In this document: one piece after another, positions 26,218 to 35,911 of the stretch
Position numbering within the stretch: the stretch's first letter is position 1
Layout: each line of letters starts with the position of its first letter
Virus record (IMG/VR): IMGVR_UViG_3300032007_000071
Coordinates: 10,074 to 74,073 of that record
Length of the DNA: 64,000 nt
Direction: 5' to 3' (one strand)
From: a virus
Lineage: Duplodnaviria; Caudoviricetes
Made by a program: the position numbers and the translations under genes
Notes under the pieces: model-generated
Database searches by the model: none
The model's input: the letters and a program-made list of their open reading frames with translations, nothing else
What the model was told of the DNA's origin: nothing

Positions 26218-27605
26218 TACACGATTATTTCAACGACTGCATGACCCTCGAAGCGTTGGAGCAGAAGCACCGAAAGCTGGTGCTTCAGCTCCACCCCGAC
26301 CGCAACCCCGACAAGGCGGATGCTACCCGGGAGTTTCAGGAGATGCAGCAACAGTACGAGGAGCGCAAGGCCGAGCTCAACGGTGACTACTCGGGCAGTC
26401 AGCGGGCACGGCAGCGTCGGGAACAGGCTGAGCGTGAGGAGCGTGAACGGGAGCGCCGAGAACGGGAAGCCCATATAGTGGACGACGTTCTCAATGAGGC
26501 ACGCCGCAACAAAGGTGTCAGATTCGACACCTTTAAGGCTGGTGCTTACGTCTATGCCCGAAAGGTAGACCAAGTGGCGGACGGATCCTACGACTGGGAC
26601 AGTATGAGTGGCAACGACCTCATTCATGTGTTCTATAAATACGCCGCCGAGTCGGAGACGGTGGTAAAGATAGAGACCATCGTTGAACTGGACGACAAGG
26701 AGATCATGGGCAATGTCCTAAGCAACTATCTCAACGACGTCTATGGCGGATGGGAGATATTGCAGAGTGCTAACCCTAACAAGGGTGTGAAAGGTAAGCG
26801 GGTGGCCAAGGTGGTGATGTTCCGATCGAAGCGCTATTGCTTCTTCGGCAACCCGATGGGCGACCATGTTATCAGCGACTACTACGTCCCTGTCAACTGC
26901 GCTATTATGTTCGGTGTCCTTCTCGGCGACATCTCTACCCAGGAGCGACGGAAAGAGGAGGAGCGTCAGCGTGAGATGGCCAAGCTGAAGGCAAAGATAG
27001 TTGCTGAGCAACAGCCGTTGATTGCGGCGTGGAGCGACAAGCTGATAGCTATCTCGGCCGCCCTCACCGACGAAGAGAAAGAGACTGTGGCCGTCAGCAA
27101 CCTGCGCAAGATACTAAAGTCTCGGTTTCCCGGTGCGGCAATACGCGTAACGAAAAGCAAGGTGATAAGCTATGCCTACCAAGTCGTTTGGGAGGACGGC
27201 CCGATGCTGGATGAGGTGAACGAGACAGCGTGCCTGTTCGAGACTTACAACTCAGCCTATGGCAACATTGTTACCCCGTGGAACGAGCGGTTCGGACGCA
27301 TCTCGCTGTTCGACGCGGTGCGAGTTATGAGCACACTCGCTAAAGCCTCTATCCTGGAACAGCTCGGAGAGGTGTCGGACGTATTCACCACGGCCGGCTA
27401 TGACGATTACGTGGAGGTCAGCGATATGGACTGGACGATGATAAACCTTATGGTGGGTAAGATGGTGGAAGAAGGCAAGGGCGACTGGTTCTGCCACATG
27501 CAGAATGGTAAGCGCATGGTGGTGGTGCGTAATGTCGTGGAATACATCTTCGACAATACGAGCTATGCGAAGAAGCCTAAAGCCAAGAAGCGCAAGGCCG
27601 CGTAG
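26214..27605 (+). CDS. J-domain protein fused to an LPD29-like domain
   Basis: N-terminal KHRKLVLQLHPDRNP...FQEMQQQYE (HPD motif); NLRKILKSRFPG...VVWEDGP resembles LPD29. Confidence 0.75.
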   Translation: MIHDYFNDCMTLEALEQKHRKLVLQLHPDRNPDKADATREFQEMQQQYEERKAELNGDYSGSQRARQRREQAEREERERERREREAHIVDDVLNEARRNKGVRFDTFKAGAYVYARKVDQVADGSYDWDSMSGNDLIHVFYKYAAESETVVKIETIVELDDKEIMGNVLSNYLNDVYGGWEILQSANPNKGVKGKRVAKVVMFRSKRYCFFGNPMGDHVISDYYVPVNCAIMFGVLLGDISTQERRKEEERQREMAKLKAKIVAEQQPLIAAWSDKLIAISAALTDEEKETVAVSNLRKILKSRFPGAAIRVTKSKVISYAYQVVWEDGPMLDEVNETACLFETYNSAYGNIVTPWNERFGRISLFDAVRVMSTLAKASILEQLGEVSDVFTTAGYDDYVEVSDMDWTMINLMVGKMVEEGKGDWFCHMQNGKRMVVVRNVVEYIFDNTSYAKKPKAKKRKAA

Positions 27606-27738
27606 GACAGAAGCACATGTTTTTCTAAGACAGAAAGACACAAAGGACATATTTCTGGACAGAAAGACAGAAAGAACATATTTCTGGACAGAAAGAACAG
27701 ATTAAGCAGAAAGACAAATTTTTATACGATATACGACT

Positions 27739-27960
27739 ATGGCAAATTTCAAAGTAAAGTATGCAATTGTGATGGAGTTGGAGGGAGCCATGGATACATG
27801 GACACAGATAGACGTGTTCGACACGGAGAAAGACTGCTCCAAGTTTATGCACGACGAGTTCGAGACCAACCTCTATCATGGAGAGCCACGCGTCGTCTAT
27901 GGAGACAACCTCGTAAAGAGCTGCAAGATTCAGCGAGTGTTCGATTACAGTAAGAAATAA
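27739..27960 (+). CDS. hypothetical protein
   Basis: acgactATG start. Confidence 0.65.
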   Translation: MANFKVKYAIVMELEGAMDTWTQIDVFDTEKDCSKFMHDEFETNLYHGEPRVVYGDNLVKSCKIQRVFDYSKK

Positions 27961-27972
27961 AACGAGATAACG

Positions 27973-30900
27973 ATGACTATATTACAGAGATTAAGGAATA
28001 ACGTCGAGGCGATCAAGTACGCCTTGACGGGACGTGGCAATGCCAGCGCACTGGATATGTATTCCGGCTTCGGTGGCATCGGAGCCGTGCTCTATGCCGG
28101 ACGCCCCAAGGAGCAGTGGCCCAAGAGTATGCTGCCCTATTGGGACGACATAGAGCGCTTGAAGCAGGTGATTGCATCGATGGGCGGTGGCGTGGATAGC
28201 TTTGTGGATTCACTGAAGTCGTCCACCCTCACCGCATACTATACGCCTATGAAGTTTGTGAGCGGCATTGCGAAAGCCCTCGACAGCAAGTTGCTGATTG
28301 GCGACCGCGTCCTCGACCCCGCTGCTGGCAGTGGTGCGTTCGTGGTTGGTCTCCTCAACTGGTGTCATCAGGATCCCAGCAAGATTGTGGCCTACGAGAA
28401 AGACCTGCTGACGGGTGTGATACTCAATGCCCGTATGAAACGTGACAGCGACATCGTGGATGTGAGGATCAACGGGTTTGAGACGATCTCGAAAGATGAG
28501 CTGGGCACCTACGACCTCGTGACAACCAATGTGCCGTTTGGTGACTTCGCTATCTATGACCCCGACTATACGGTTAGCAAGGACACGGAGTTGAGAAAGG
28601 CAGCTAAGTATATCCATCGCTACTACGTGCTGAAAGGTCTCGACTGTTTGCGTGACGGAGGTATCGAGGCGTACATCATCACGAGCAACTATCTCAACCA
28701 TGACTTCACGCAGGTCGTGAAAGCCTTGGAGCAAGCCCGTCTGATTGGTGCCTACCGGTTGCCGAATAACCTCTTCAAGGAGGCGGGCACGGAGGTGGGT
28801 ACTGACCTACTGGTGTTGCAGAAAGACGAGCAGAAAGGCGGACTGACCGTGGACGAGACGATGCTGATCACGCCCTATACCGAGGACGGCTGTTACACAA
28901 ACATGTACTTCGTTATGAACCCGGACCACGTCATCGCCACCCATACGGAGAAAGGAACGGACGCTTACGGCAAGCCGACCTTCATCTATAAGTATGAGGG
29001 CGAAGAGCAAGCGATGGCCAAAGCGATGCGAATGGTGCTGAGCAAGGACTTGGCGGACAACGTGGACTTCGAGTTGTACAAGAAAGGGGCTAAGAAGAAG
29101 GCCGAGAACAAGCAGCAGAAGCAGGAGAAGCAGCAGACAAACAGTAAGAACCGCTACCGCTATACGGACAACGAGACGGGCGACCTGATTAAGTCTATCG
29201 CCGAGGTGTATAACCAACTCTTCATTACCGAGGCCACGACGTTCACCGAGGACACCGAAGACCGCAAGCAACTCAACGAGCTCTATGACAAGTTCGTGGA
29301 GAAGCACGGAGCCTTCAACAGTAACCCCTTCAACAAAGGGGCGGTGACGGACATCGCCAGGGAGCTGCTGAGTCTGGAGGTGAAGGACGGCAAGCAGTGG
29401 GTGAAGGCCGACATCTTCTACAAGCCCGTGGCGTTCGACACCAGCGAGCTGCATAGTGCCGATACCCCGCAGGAAGCACTGGCTCAGAGCTTGAACGACT
29501 GTGGCTATCCCGACGTGGAGTACATGATGGCACTCACGGGACTGACCGAGACGGAGCTGATGACGAAACTCGACGGCGATGTCTATTACAATCCCCTCAC
29601 GAACAAGTACGAGATTACCGCTAAGTTCATCAGTGGCAATGTCGTGGAGAAAGCCAAGGCGATCCGCAAGGCTTTCGGTATCAACGAGGACGAGCGTGAC
29701 GGCAAGGACGAACTAACCAAGACCATTGACCCGAGGGTGGTCCGTTCACTGAGAGCCTTGGAGGATGCGGTGCCCACCCCGATCCCCTTTGAGGAATTGG
29801 ACTTCAACCTCGGTGAGCGGTGGATCGACACCAAGCTCTATGAGCAGTTCGGTTCCGAGCTTTTCTCCATCCCCGGTGGAAATGGTATCTGTGATCGGGT
29901 TGACCTCGAAGTGAAGTACGACGCTAACCTCGACCAGTTCGTCGCCAGTGCGGAAAACTACTGGAATGAGAAGGTGACCACGCAGTATTACGTGAAGAGT
30001 GAGTGCTCGCATTATAACGGCATCGACCTCTTCGTCTATGCGCTGGAAGACACCTGTCCGAAGATGTGGAGATACAAGCGCGACTCCCTGGGCTGCAAAG
30101 AGACCGACGGAAACGGCAAGTACCTCAAAGAGGAAGACCCCGAGAAGACACAGCTCGCCAACAGTAAGATTGCGGAGATACGTAACGCTTGGGTTGACTG
30201 GCTGATGCGTCAGCCGAGAGAGTTGAAAGACCAGCTCGCCAAGGAATACAATGAGCGGTTCAACTGCTTCGTCAAGCCCCACTATGACGGCAGCCACCAA
30301 CGTTTCCCCGGTCTCGACCGAAAGGCACTGGAGGAGAAGTATGGCGTGAAAGACCTCTACCAGAGTCAGAAGGACTGCATCTGGATGCTCGTACAGAACC
30401 AGGGCGGTATCTGCGACCATGAGGTAGGCAGTGGCAAGACGCTCATCATGTGTATCGCTGCCCACGAGATGAAGCGGTTGGGCATCGTCCACAAGCCGAT
30501 GATTATCGGACTGAAGGCGAATGTCGGTGCCATCGCCGAGACCTACCAGACCGCCTATCCGAACGCCAAGATTCTCTACGCACAGAACAAGGACTTCCAC
30601 GAGAGTGAGCGCGTCAACTTCTTCAACCGCATGAAGAATAACGACTACGACTGCATCATCATGTCGCACGACCAGTTCGGCCGTCTGCCACAGAGCAAGG
30701 ACGTGCAGCGAAAGATTATCCTCAATGAGCTGAAGCAGTTGGATGATGCCATGACTGCCGCCAAGGATTATAGCTGGGAGAACAGCCGGGTCATCTTGCG
30801 AGGACTGGAGCGAAGGAAGAAGAACCTTGAAGCCAAGCTCGCGAATGTCGTGGCGGAGATCAACGAAGCCAAGGACGACGTGTCCGACTTCGAGATGATG

Positions 30901-32961
30901 GGTATCGACCATATCTTTGTGGACGAGAGCCACATGTTCAAGAACCTCGGTTTCACTACCCGTCATAACCGTGTGGCAGGGCTCGGCAACAGTGAGGGTT
31001 CGAAGCGTGCCTTCAACCTTCTCATGGCGATCCGCACGATACAGAAGCGCACGGAGAGAGACCTCGGGGCTACCTTCCTTAGTGGTACGACGGTGACCAA
31101 CTCCCTCACGGAGCTCTATTCTCTCTTCCGCTATCTGCGGCCACTGGCCATGAAGAAGCAGGGCATCACCTGTTTCGATGCGTGGGCTGCTATCTTCACG
31201 AAGAAGAGCACCGAGTTTGAGTTCTCCATCACCAACCAGATCATCATGAAGGAGCGGTTCCGCTACTTCATCAAGGTGCCGGAGCTGGCACAGTTCTACA
31301 ACGAGATCACCGACTTCCGCACGGCGGAGGATGTGGGTATCGAGCGTCCGAAAAAACACGCCCGGTTGCTGAACATCGAGCCGACCCCCGACCAGCAGGA
31401 ATATACCCAGACCTTGATGGAGTTTGCCAAGACCGGCAACTTCTCACTCATCGGCATGGACTATGTCACCGACGCCCAGCAGAAAGCCAAGATGCTCTAT
31501 GCAACAGATCTGGCCCGCAAGATGAGTCTCGATATGCGGATGATAGACCCGAGCTATCCCGACCATCCACGGAGCAAGTCGTCGATGTGCGCCAAACTCG
31601 TGAAGCAGTATTACGACAAGTACGACAGCGTGAAAGGTACGCAGCTCATCTTCTCCGACCTCTCTACCTATCAGGGTAAGAACAAAGGTTGGAACGTCTA
31701 TGAGGACATCAAGCAGAAGCTCGTAGCGATGGGTATTCCCAGCAGTGAGATCCGTTTCATCCAGGAGTGTAAGAACGATGTGGCGAAGGCGAAGATGGTG
31801 CAGGACGTCAACGACGGAAAGGTGAGGGTACTCTTCGGTTCTACCTCGATGCTCGGCACGGGTGTCAACGCCCAGAAGCGAGTGGTGGCCGTGCATCACC
31901 TCGACACGCCGTGGAGACCGTCCGACCTGGAGCAGCGTGACGGCCGGGCTATCCGTAAGGGTAACGAGGTGGCGAAGCTCTATGCCGACAACACCGTGGA
32001 TGTCATCATCTACGCTGTGCGCCGTTCGCTCGACGCTTACAAGTTCGGCTTGCTGAACAACAAGCAGTTGTTTATCTCTCAGCTCAAACGTGGTCAGCTC
32101 AGTGTCCGTACCCTCGACGAGGGGTCTATGGACGAGAAGAGCGGCATGAACTTCGCCGAGTATATGGCCGTGCTCAGTGGCAACACCGACCTCTTGGAGC
32201 GTGCCAAGTTGGAGAAGCGGGTCGCTGCCTTAGAGTCGGAGCGCAAGGCGTTCTATCGTGACAAATCCGCTCAGACGAAGAAGCAGGAGCGGCTGCGTGA
32301 GGACAACGAGCGCAACAAGAAGAATATCGCCGATGCCAAGAGCGACCTCGAGAAGTTCAACGCCGTTGTCAAGCGTGACGAAGCCGGACGTGCTATCAGC
32401 ATGATCACCCTCGACGGCTTCACCCCATACGCCAAAGGGAAGGACGGAAAGCTCACCGACAGGGTGCTGACCGCCGACGATGGGGAAGACTTCGACAAGG
32501 CTATCGGTGAGCAGCTCATCAAGATAGACAAGTCTGCCCGCACCGGTGGAGCGATGCTGACCATCGGCAACGTCTATGGCTTCCCCATCAGTGTGAAGAC
32601 GAAGCAGTATGACAATGCTTATGACCGTGAGGTGGAGTTTGAAAACAACTTCTACGTCAGTGGGCAGCGACTGGTCTATGGCATCAACAACGGCCACGGC
32701 ACCATCAATCGGGTGGCCAAGGGACTGACGGGCCGTATGCCGGTGCTCGCCCTGAACCGTCTGCCGGAGGTCATCAGCGGATGGCAGCAGCTCTATGACG
32801 AGAACGAGTCACGCATCAAGCAGCTCGACACGATCATTCAGCAACCGTGGGGCAAGGACGCCGAACTCACGAAGTTGCGTACCGACCTCTCCGACCTCGA
32901 CGTGAAGATTGGGAAGAGCTTGAAAGAGGATAAGCAGAAAGAGCAGAAGGAAGCAGCGTGA
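27973..32961 (+). CDS. DarB-like N6-adenine DNA methyltransferase + SNF2-family helicase fusion
   Basis: 1662 aa; VLDPAAGSG (motif I), NVPFG (motif IV), HEVGSGKT (Walker A), DESH (Walker B), QRDGRAIRKGN (motif VI). Confidence 0.9.
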   Translation: MTILQRLRNNVEAIKYALTGRGNASALDMYSGFGGIGAVLYAGRPKEQWPKSMLPYWDDIERLKQVIASMGGGVDSFVDSLKSSTLTAYYTPMKFVSGIAKALDSKLLIGDRVLDPAAGSGAFVVGLLNWCHQDPSKIVAYEKDLLTGVILNARMKRDSDIVDVRINGFETISKDELGTYDLVTTNVPFGDFAIYDPDYTVSKDTELRKAAKYIHRYYVLKGLDCLRDGGIEAYIITSNYLNHDFTQVVKALEQARLIGAYRLPNNLFKEAGTEVGTDLLVLQKDEQKGGLTVDETMLITPYTEDGCYTNMYFVMNPDHVIATHTEKGTDAYGKPTFIYKYEGEEQAMAKAMRMVLSKDLADNVDFELYKKGAKKKAENKQQKQEKQQTNSKNRYRYTDNETGDLIKSIAEVYNQLFITEATTFTEDTEDRKQLNELYDKFVEKHGAFNSNPFNKGAVTDIARELLSLEVKDGKQWVKADIFYKPVAFDTSELHSADTPQEALAQSLNDCGYPDVEYMMALTGLTETELMTKLDGDVYYNPLTNKYEITAKFISGNVVEKAKAIRKAFGINEDERDGKDELTKTIDPRVVRSLRALEDAVPTPIPFEELDFNLGERWIDTKLYEQFGSELFSIPGGNGICDRVDLEVKYDANLDQFVASAENYWNEKVTTQYYVKSECSHYNGIDLFVYALEDTCPKMWRYKRDSLGCKETDGNGKYLKEEDPEKTQLANSKIAEIRNAWVDWLMRQPRELKDQLAKEYNERFNCFVKPHYDGSHQRFPGLDRKALEEKYGVKDLYQSQKDCIWMLVQNQGGICDHEVGSGKTLIMCIAAHEMKRLGIVHKPMIIGLKANVGAIAETYQTAYPNAKILYAQNKDFHESERVNFFNRMKNNDYDCIIMSHDQFGRLPQSKDVQRKIILNELKQLDDAMTAAKDYSWENSRVILRGLERRKKNLEAKLANVVAEINEAKDDVSDFEMMGIDHIFVDESHMFKNLGFTTRHNRVAGLGNSEGSKRAFNLLMAIRTIQKRTERDLGATFLSGTTVTNSLTELYSLFRYLRPLAMKKQGITCFDAWAAIFTKKSTEFEFSITNQIIMKERFRYFIKVPELAQFYNEITDFRTAEDVGIERPKKHARLLNIEPTPDQQEYTQTLMEFAKTGNFSLIGMDYVTDAQQKAKMLYATDLARKMSLDMRMIDPSYPDHPRSKSSMCAKLVKQYYDKYDSVKGTQLIFSDLSTYQGKNKGWNVYEDIKQKLVAMGIPSSEIRFIQECKNDVAKAKMVQDVNDGKVRVLFGSTSMLGTGVNAQKRVVAVHHLDTPWRPSDLEQRDGRAIRKGNEVAKLYADNTVDVIIYAVRRSLDAYKFGLLNNKQLFISQLKRGQLSVRTLDEGSMDEKSGMNFAEYMAVLSGNTDLLERAKLEKRVAALESERKAFYRDKSAQTKKQERLREDNERNKKNIADAKSDLEKFNAVVKRDEAGRAISMITLDGFTPYAKGKDGKLTDRVLTADDGEDFDKAIGEQLIKIDKSARTGGAMLTIGNVYGFPISVKTKQYDNAYDREVEFENNFYVSGQRLVYGINNGHGTINRVAKGLTGRMPVLALNRLPEVISGWQQLYDENESRIKQLDTIIQQPWGKDAELTKLRTDLSDLDVKIGKSLKEDKQKEQKEAA

Positions 32962-32968
32962 AAAAGTT

Positions 32969-33154
32969 CCTATACTAACTCCGGGAAGAAGATATACCAT
33001 CTTTTCGGAGAATGTATACCATCTTCTGGGAGAAGGTATACCAACTTTTGGAAGGGGTTAACCTCGACCGATGCTCCAAGTTAACTTCGAGCAGTGGTCC
33101 AAGTATACCTCGACCGATGCCCCAGGTATACCTCGACTATCGGTCGAGGTATAC
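32969..33154. repeat. phased 21-23-bp degenerate array centred on TATAC/TTAAC cores
   Basis: cores at 32971, 32993, 33015, 33037, 33058, 33081, 33104, 33127, 33150. Confidence 0.75.
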
Positions 33155-33183
33155 ATAAATTAAATCAATAAAAGCTACACAAT

Positions 33184-33429
33184 ATGAGCAAAGAAACCAT
33201 AACGGCAAAAGAATATCTCGACCTGCCGTACAAACTGAAAAACAAATTCCTAAGCGATTGGTCATTCAAGCACGGCATGACCTCTACTCTTTACGGAATC
33301 CGTGTATGCCTGCTTAGTGGATTTGGCTACATGGGCGAGACGAGGATGGACGTAAACTTTATCCGCTCCCTCGACGAGAACGACAAGAATATATTACGGA
33401 AAGGCTATGCCTTCCTGCTAAAGAAATAA
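33184..33429 (+). CDS. hypothetical protein
   Basis: aaagctacacaatATG start. Confidence 0.65.
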   Translation: MSKETITAKEYLDLPYKLKNKFLSDWSFKHGMTSTLYGIRVCLLSGFGYMGETRMDVNFIRSLDENDKNILRKGYAFLLKK

Positions 33430-33472
33430 ATCACATACGACTATATAAGTTTCACATTTAATACACACAACA

Positions 33473-34147
33473 ATGAACAACGACAAGAATTACGCGGCTG
33501 ACATCAACCGCATCAGTACCGAGAACTGCAAGAAGGCAAGCAACCTGCTCAACGACATCTGCAAGCAGATACAGGGCGACAAGACGCTGCCGGAGGTTAT
33601 CAAGGACAGCGACCTCTATTGCGACACCTACAAGCTGTTGATGGCTGCCACCGGACGGGCTGTCAATCACGACCGCAAGATGATGGCCTACGATGACGAG
33701 CACAACATGGAAGAGCTGCTGCGTCAGCTCTTCGACCGTCTGTACTTCTTCTACCACAACGGGGCGGCTAAGGGTCGTGACCTGCCTGGCATCCGTTGGA
33801 CGATGGACAACGGCACGTTTGTGGTGTGGTTGAACTCATGCGCGATCAACATGGAGCACTCGGTGGAGGTCACGGAGAGCACAGGCACCGGCTTCTCTAT
33901 CACCAAGCGCGGCAAGGTCTTCAACCTCTGGCTCGACATCCCCGACATGGAGGACGACTCGGACGGTGTAGACAACGGCTATAAGTTTGTCGGCTTCTCT
34001 GCCGACTTCATGCCGAACGATGGTGGACGTGAGGACGTGACTTTTGCCCCCGACGACCAGGACTTCAAACATCTCACCCTCGTGCGGTCTATCCTCGCCG
34101 ACTTCGACATGATAGGCGACATGATACAGGAGAAAGAGAACCAGTAA
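33473..34147 (+). CDS. acidic hypothetical protein
   Basis: 224 aa co-directional ORF. Confidence 0.75.
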   Translation: MNNDKNYAADINRISTENCKKASNLLNDICKQIQGDKTLPEVIKDSDLYCDTYKLLMAATGRAVNHDRKMMAYDDEHNMEELLRQLFDRLYFFYHNGAAKGRDLPGIRWTMDNGTFVVWLNSCAINMEHSVEVTESTGTGFSITKRGKVFNLWLDIPDMEDDSDGVDNGYKFVGFSADFMPNDGGREDVTFAPDDQDFKHLTLVRSILADFDMIGDMIQEKENQ

Positions 34148-34161
34148 TTGCGAATTTCATA

Positions 34162-34204
34162 CGGCAAAGGTTGGAAGTTACAGAAATTCTTCCTATCTTT
34201 GCCG
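34162..34204 (+). promoter_or_regulatory. -7 box TATCTTTG embedded in an imperfect hairpin
   Basis: cggcaaag/ctttgccg and ggaag/cttcc arms; box at 34194-34201. Confidence 0.55.
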
Positions 34205-34242
34205 TAGCTACAACAAAAATATTCATTTCAAAAATTAAACCA

Positions 34243-34302
34243 ATGAGTTTTATCTTCGCGCTGATCTTGCTGTACGCGGTCGTCAAGTCCGTCAATAGCT
34301 AA
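34243..34302 (+). CDS. 19-aa hydrophobic peptide MSFIFALILLYAVVKSVNS
   Basis: AT-rich aattaaaccaATG context about 40 nt downstream of a promoter. Confidence 0.4.
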   Translation: MSFIFALILLYAVVKSVNS

Positions 34303-34384
34303 GACAGAAGCGCACGGGAGGGCGGTCCGCCCTAAACAAATCAACCATTAAGAACCCCGACTGATGGGCTAAACAGTTAGAAAT

Positions 34385-35110
34385 ATGGCAAACGTATTTT
34401 TTATCACTTATGGCGGGTACGCCAAGAACGGGTACAAGTATGTGCCTTACAAAGCAATCGTTCATTCCCCAGAGGAAGCTATTGCAACGATCAACACCTG
34501 GAAATCTTATGGACGGAAAAATTCTACCGCTCCCGGTGACTGCATCGTGGTCAACGAGGTAACGGAGAAGAAGATCCGAGCATTGTTTGCGAACGGACTC
34601 GGAACGTATCCTAACGGAGAGTCCTGCACCTATGTGGGCGTAAGAACCACAGGCTGTGGTGCATGGGAGATCGGCTTCTCCTATCCACTCGCCGACACGC
34701 TTCAAGAGCATGAGCGTATCTACAACGAGCACCAGGCGGTACAGGAGGCGCTACGCAAGGAGCGTGAGATCAAGCGAGAAAGAGAGGCGGCACTCAATGA
34801 GGTACGCCGTGGCTGGTATCATGTGGAGATGAACATCACGCTTTACGTCTTCGCTCGACACGGCAATGACCATTTCGCCAACACCACATTCTGTGGAACC
34901 GTCCTCGCAGAGAGCGGGGCGGACGCCTACGACAAGGCGCTAAGCGAGATGGAGAACAACCCCATGCTTTACCATGGAAATCCCACCGTGGTACACGCTA
35001 TCCCCGATGCCTGGTCGGACGACTTCTCATTCACCTTCCTCGGTATGAGAACCGACGAGGGCTATTCCGTTAAAGAGTGGGAGAAGTGGAAAGAGACTAA
35101 CACTAAATAA
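34385..35110 (+). CDS. hypothetical protein
   Basis: 241 aa co-directional ORF. Confidence 0.75.
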   Translation: MANVFFITYGGYAKNGYKYVPYKAIVHSPEEAIATINTWKSYGRKNSTAPGDCIVVNEVTEKKIRALFANGLGTYPNGESCTYVGVRTTGCGAWEIGFSYPLADTLQEHERIYNEHQAVQEALRKEREIKREREAALNEVRRGWYHVEMNITLYVFARHGNDHFANTTFCGTVLAESGADAYDKALSEMENNPMLYHGNPTVVHAIPDAWSDDFSFTFLGMRTDEGYSVKEWEKWKETNTK

Positions 35111-35127
35111 CTAAAATCTGAACAACT

Positions 35128-35451
35128 ATGGCAAAACTTACAAAGTTCTATTTCGATGAGCTTCCTAAAGAGCAGCAGCGTCGAGTCACGGAATCTTTCC
35201 TCGATAACGGTGGCAGTGAAGACTACTTGAATGGAAAGTTCTCTCGTGAGGAAGTCAATGTGGAGGTAGTGATTGACGAGGATGGCACGCTCTATGACTT
35301 CCGAGTATTCGACCCATTCCAGCTTGTAGATAAAGAGTTATACGTCTATGCAGACGGCTGGTCCAACTGGTTGCTCGAGTATCGTGACAACGCCGGACAC
35401 GACGTGGACGAAATCCTCGATGAGTTCGACGGAGTGCCACAGGACGACTAA
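35128..35451 (+). CDS. acidic hypothetical protein, tandem paralog A
   Basis: MAKLTKFYFDEL...EFDGVPQDD. Confidence 0.75.
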   Translation: MAKLTKFYFDELPKEQQRRVTESFLDNGGSEDYLNGKFSREEVNVEVVIDEDGTLYDFRVFDPFQLVDKELYVYADGWSNWLLEYRDNAGHDVDEILDEFDGVPQDD

Positions 35452-35515
35452 CAAACAGGGCGTGGGGAAGCCCCGCCTAAAACAACACAACTAACAACTA
35501 ACAAAGAAAGCAACT

Positions 35516-35851
35516 ATGGCAAAACTTTCAAAGTTCTATTTCGATGAGCTGAATAAAGATCAGCAGTGTCGAGTCATGATTGATTTCCGCGATAACGGTG
35601 GAAATCTCGACTACCTGAATGGAAAGTTCTCTCGCTCGGTCGTCAGTGCAGAGGTAGTCGTGGACGAGGATTTCGTCCTTTACGATATTCGGGTCTTTGA
35701 TCCGTATCATCATGTAAAGAATGAGGGAGGAACCCCGATCTATATCGGGCCCGTTGGGTGGTCCAACTGGCTGTTCGAGTATCGTGACAACGCCGGGCAC
35801 GACGTGGACGAGATCCTCGACGAGTTCGGCGGAGTGCCGCAGGACGACTAA
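35516..35851 (+). CDS. acidic hypothetical protein, tandem paralog B
   Basis: MAKLSKFYFDEL...EFGGVPQDD; 3' end nearly identical to paralog A at DNA level. Confidence 0.75.
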   Translation: MAKLSKFYFDELNKDQQCRVMIDFRDNGGNLDYLNGKFSRSVVSAEVVVDEDFVLYDIRVFDPYHHVKNEGGTPIYIGPVGWSNWLFEYRDNAGHDVDEILDEFGGVPQDD

Positions 35852-35911
35852 CAAACAGGGCGGGGGAAACCCCGCCACTATTACAACCAATAACCACCAA
35901 AACATACGATT

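Noticed and set aside
29746-31359. 537-aa minus-strand ORF
   Set aside because: Antisense shadow of the DarB-like gene with no motifs; expected from GC-rich codon bias.
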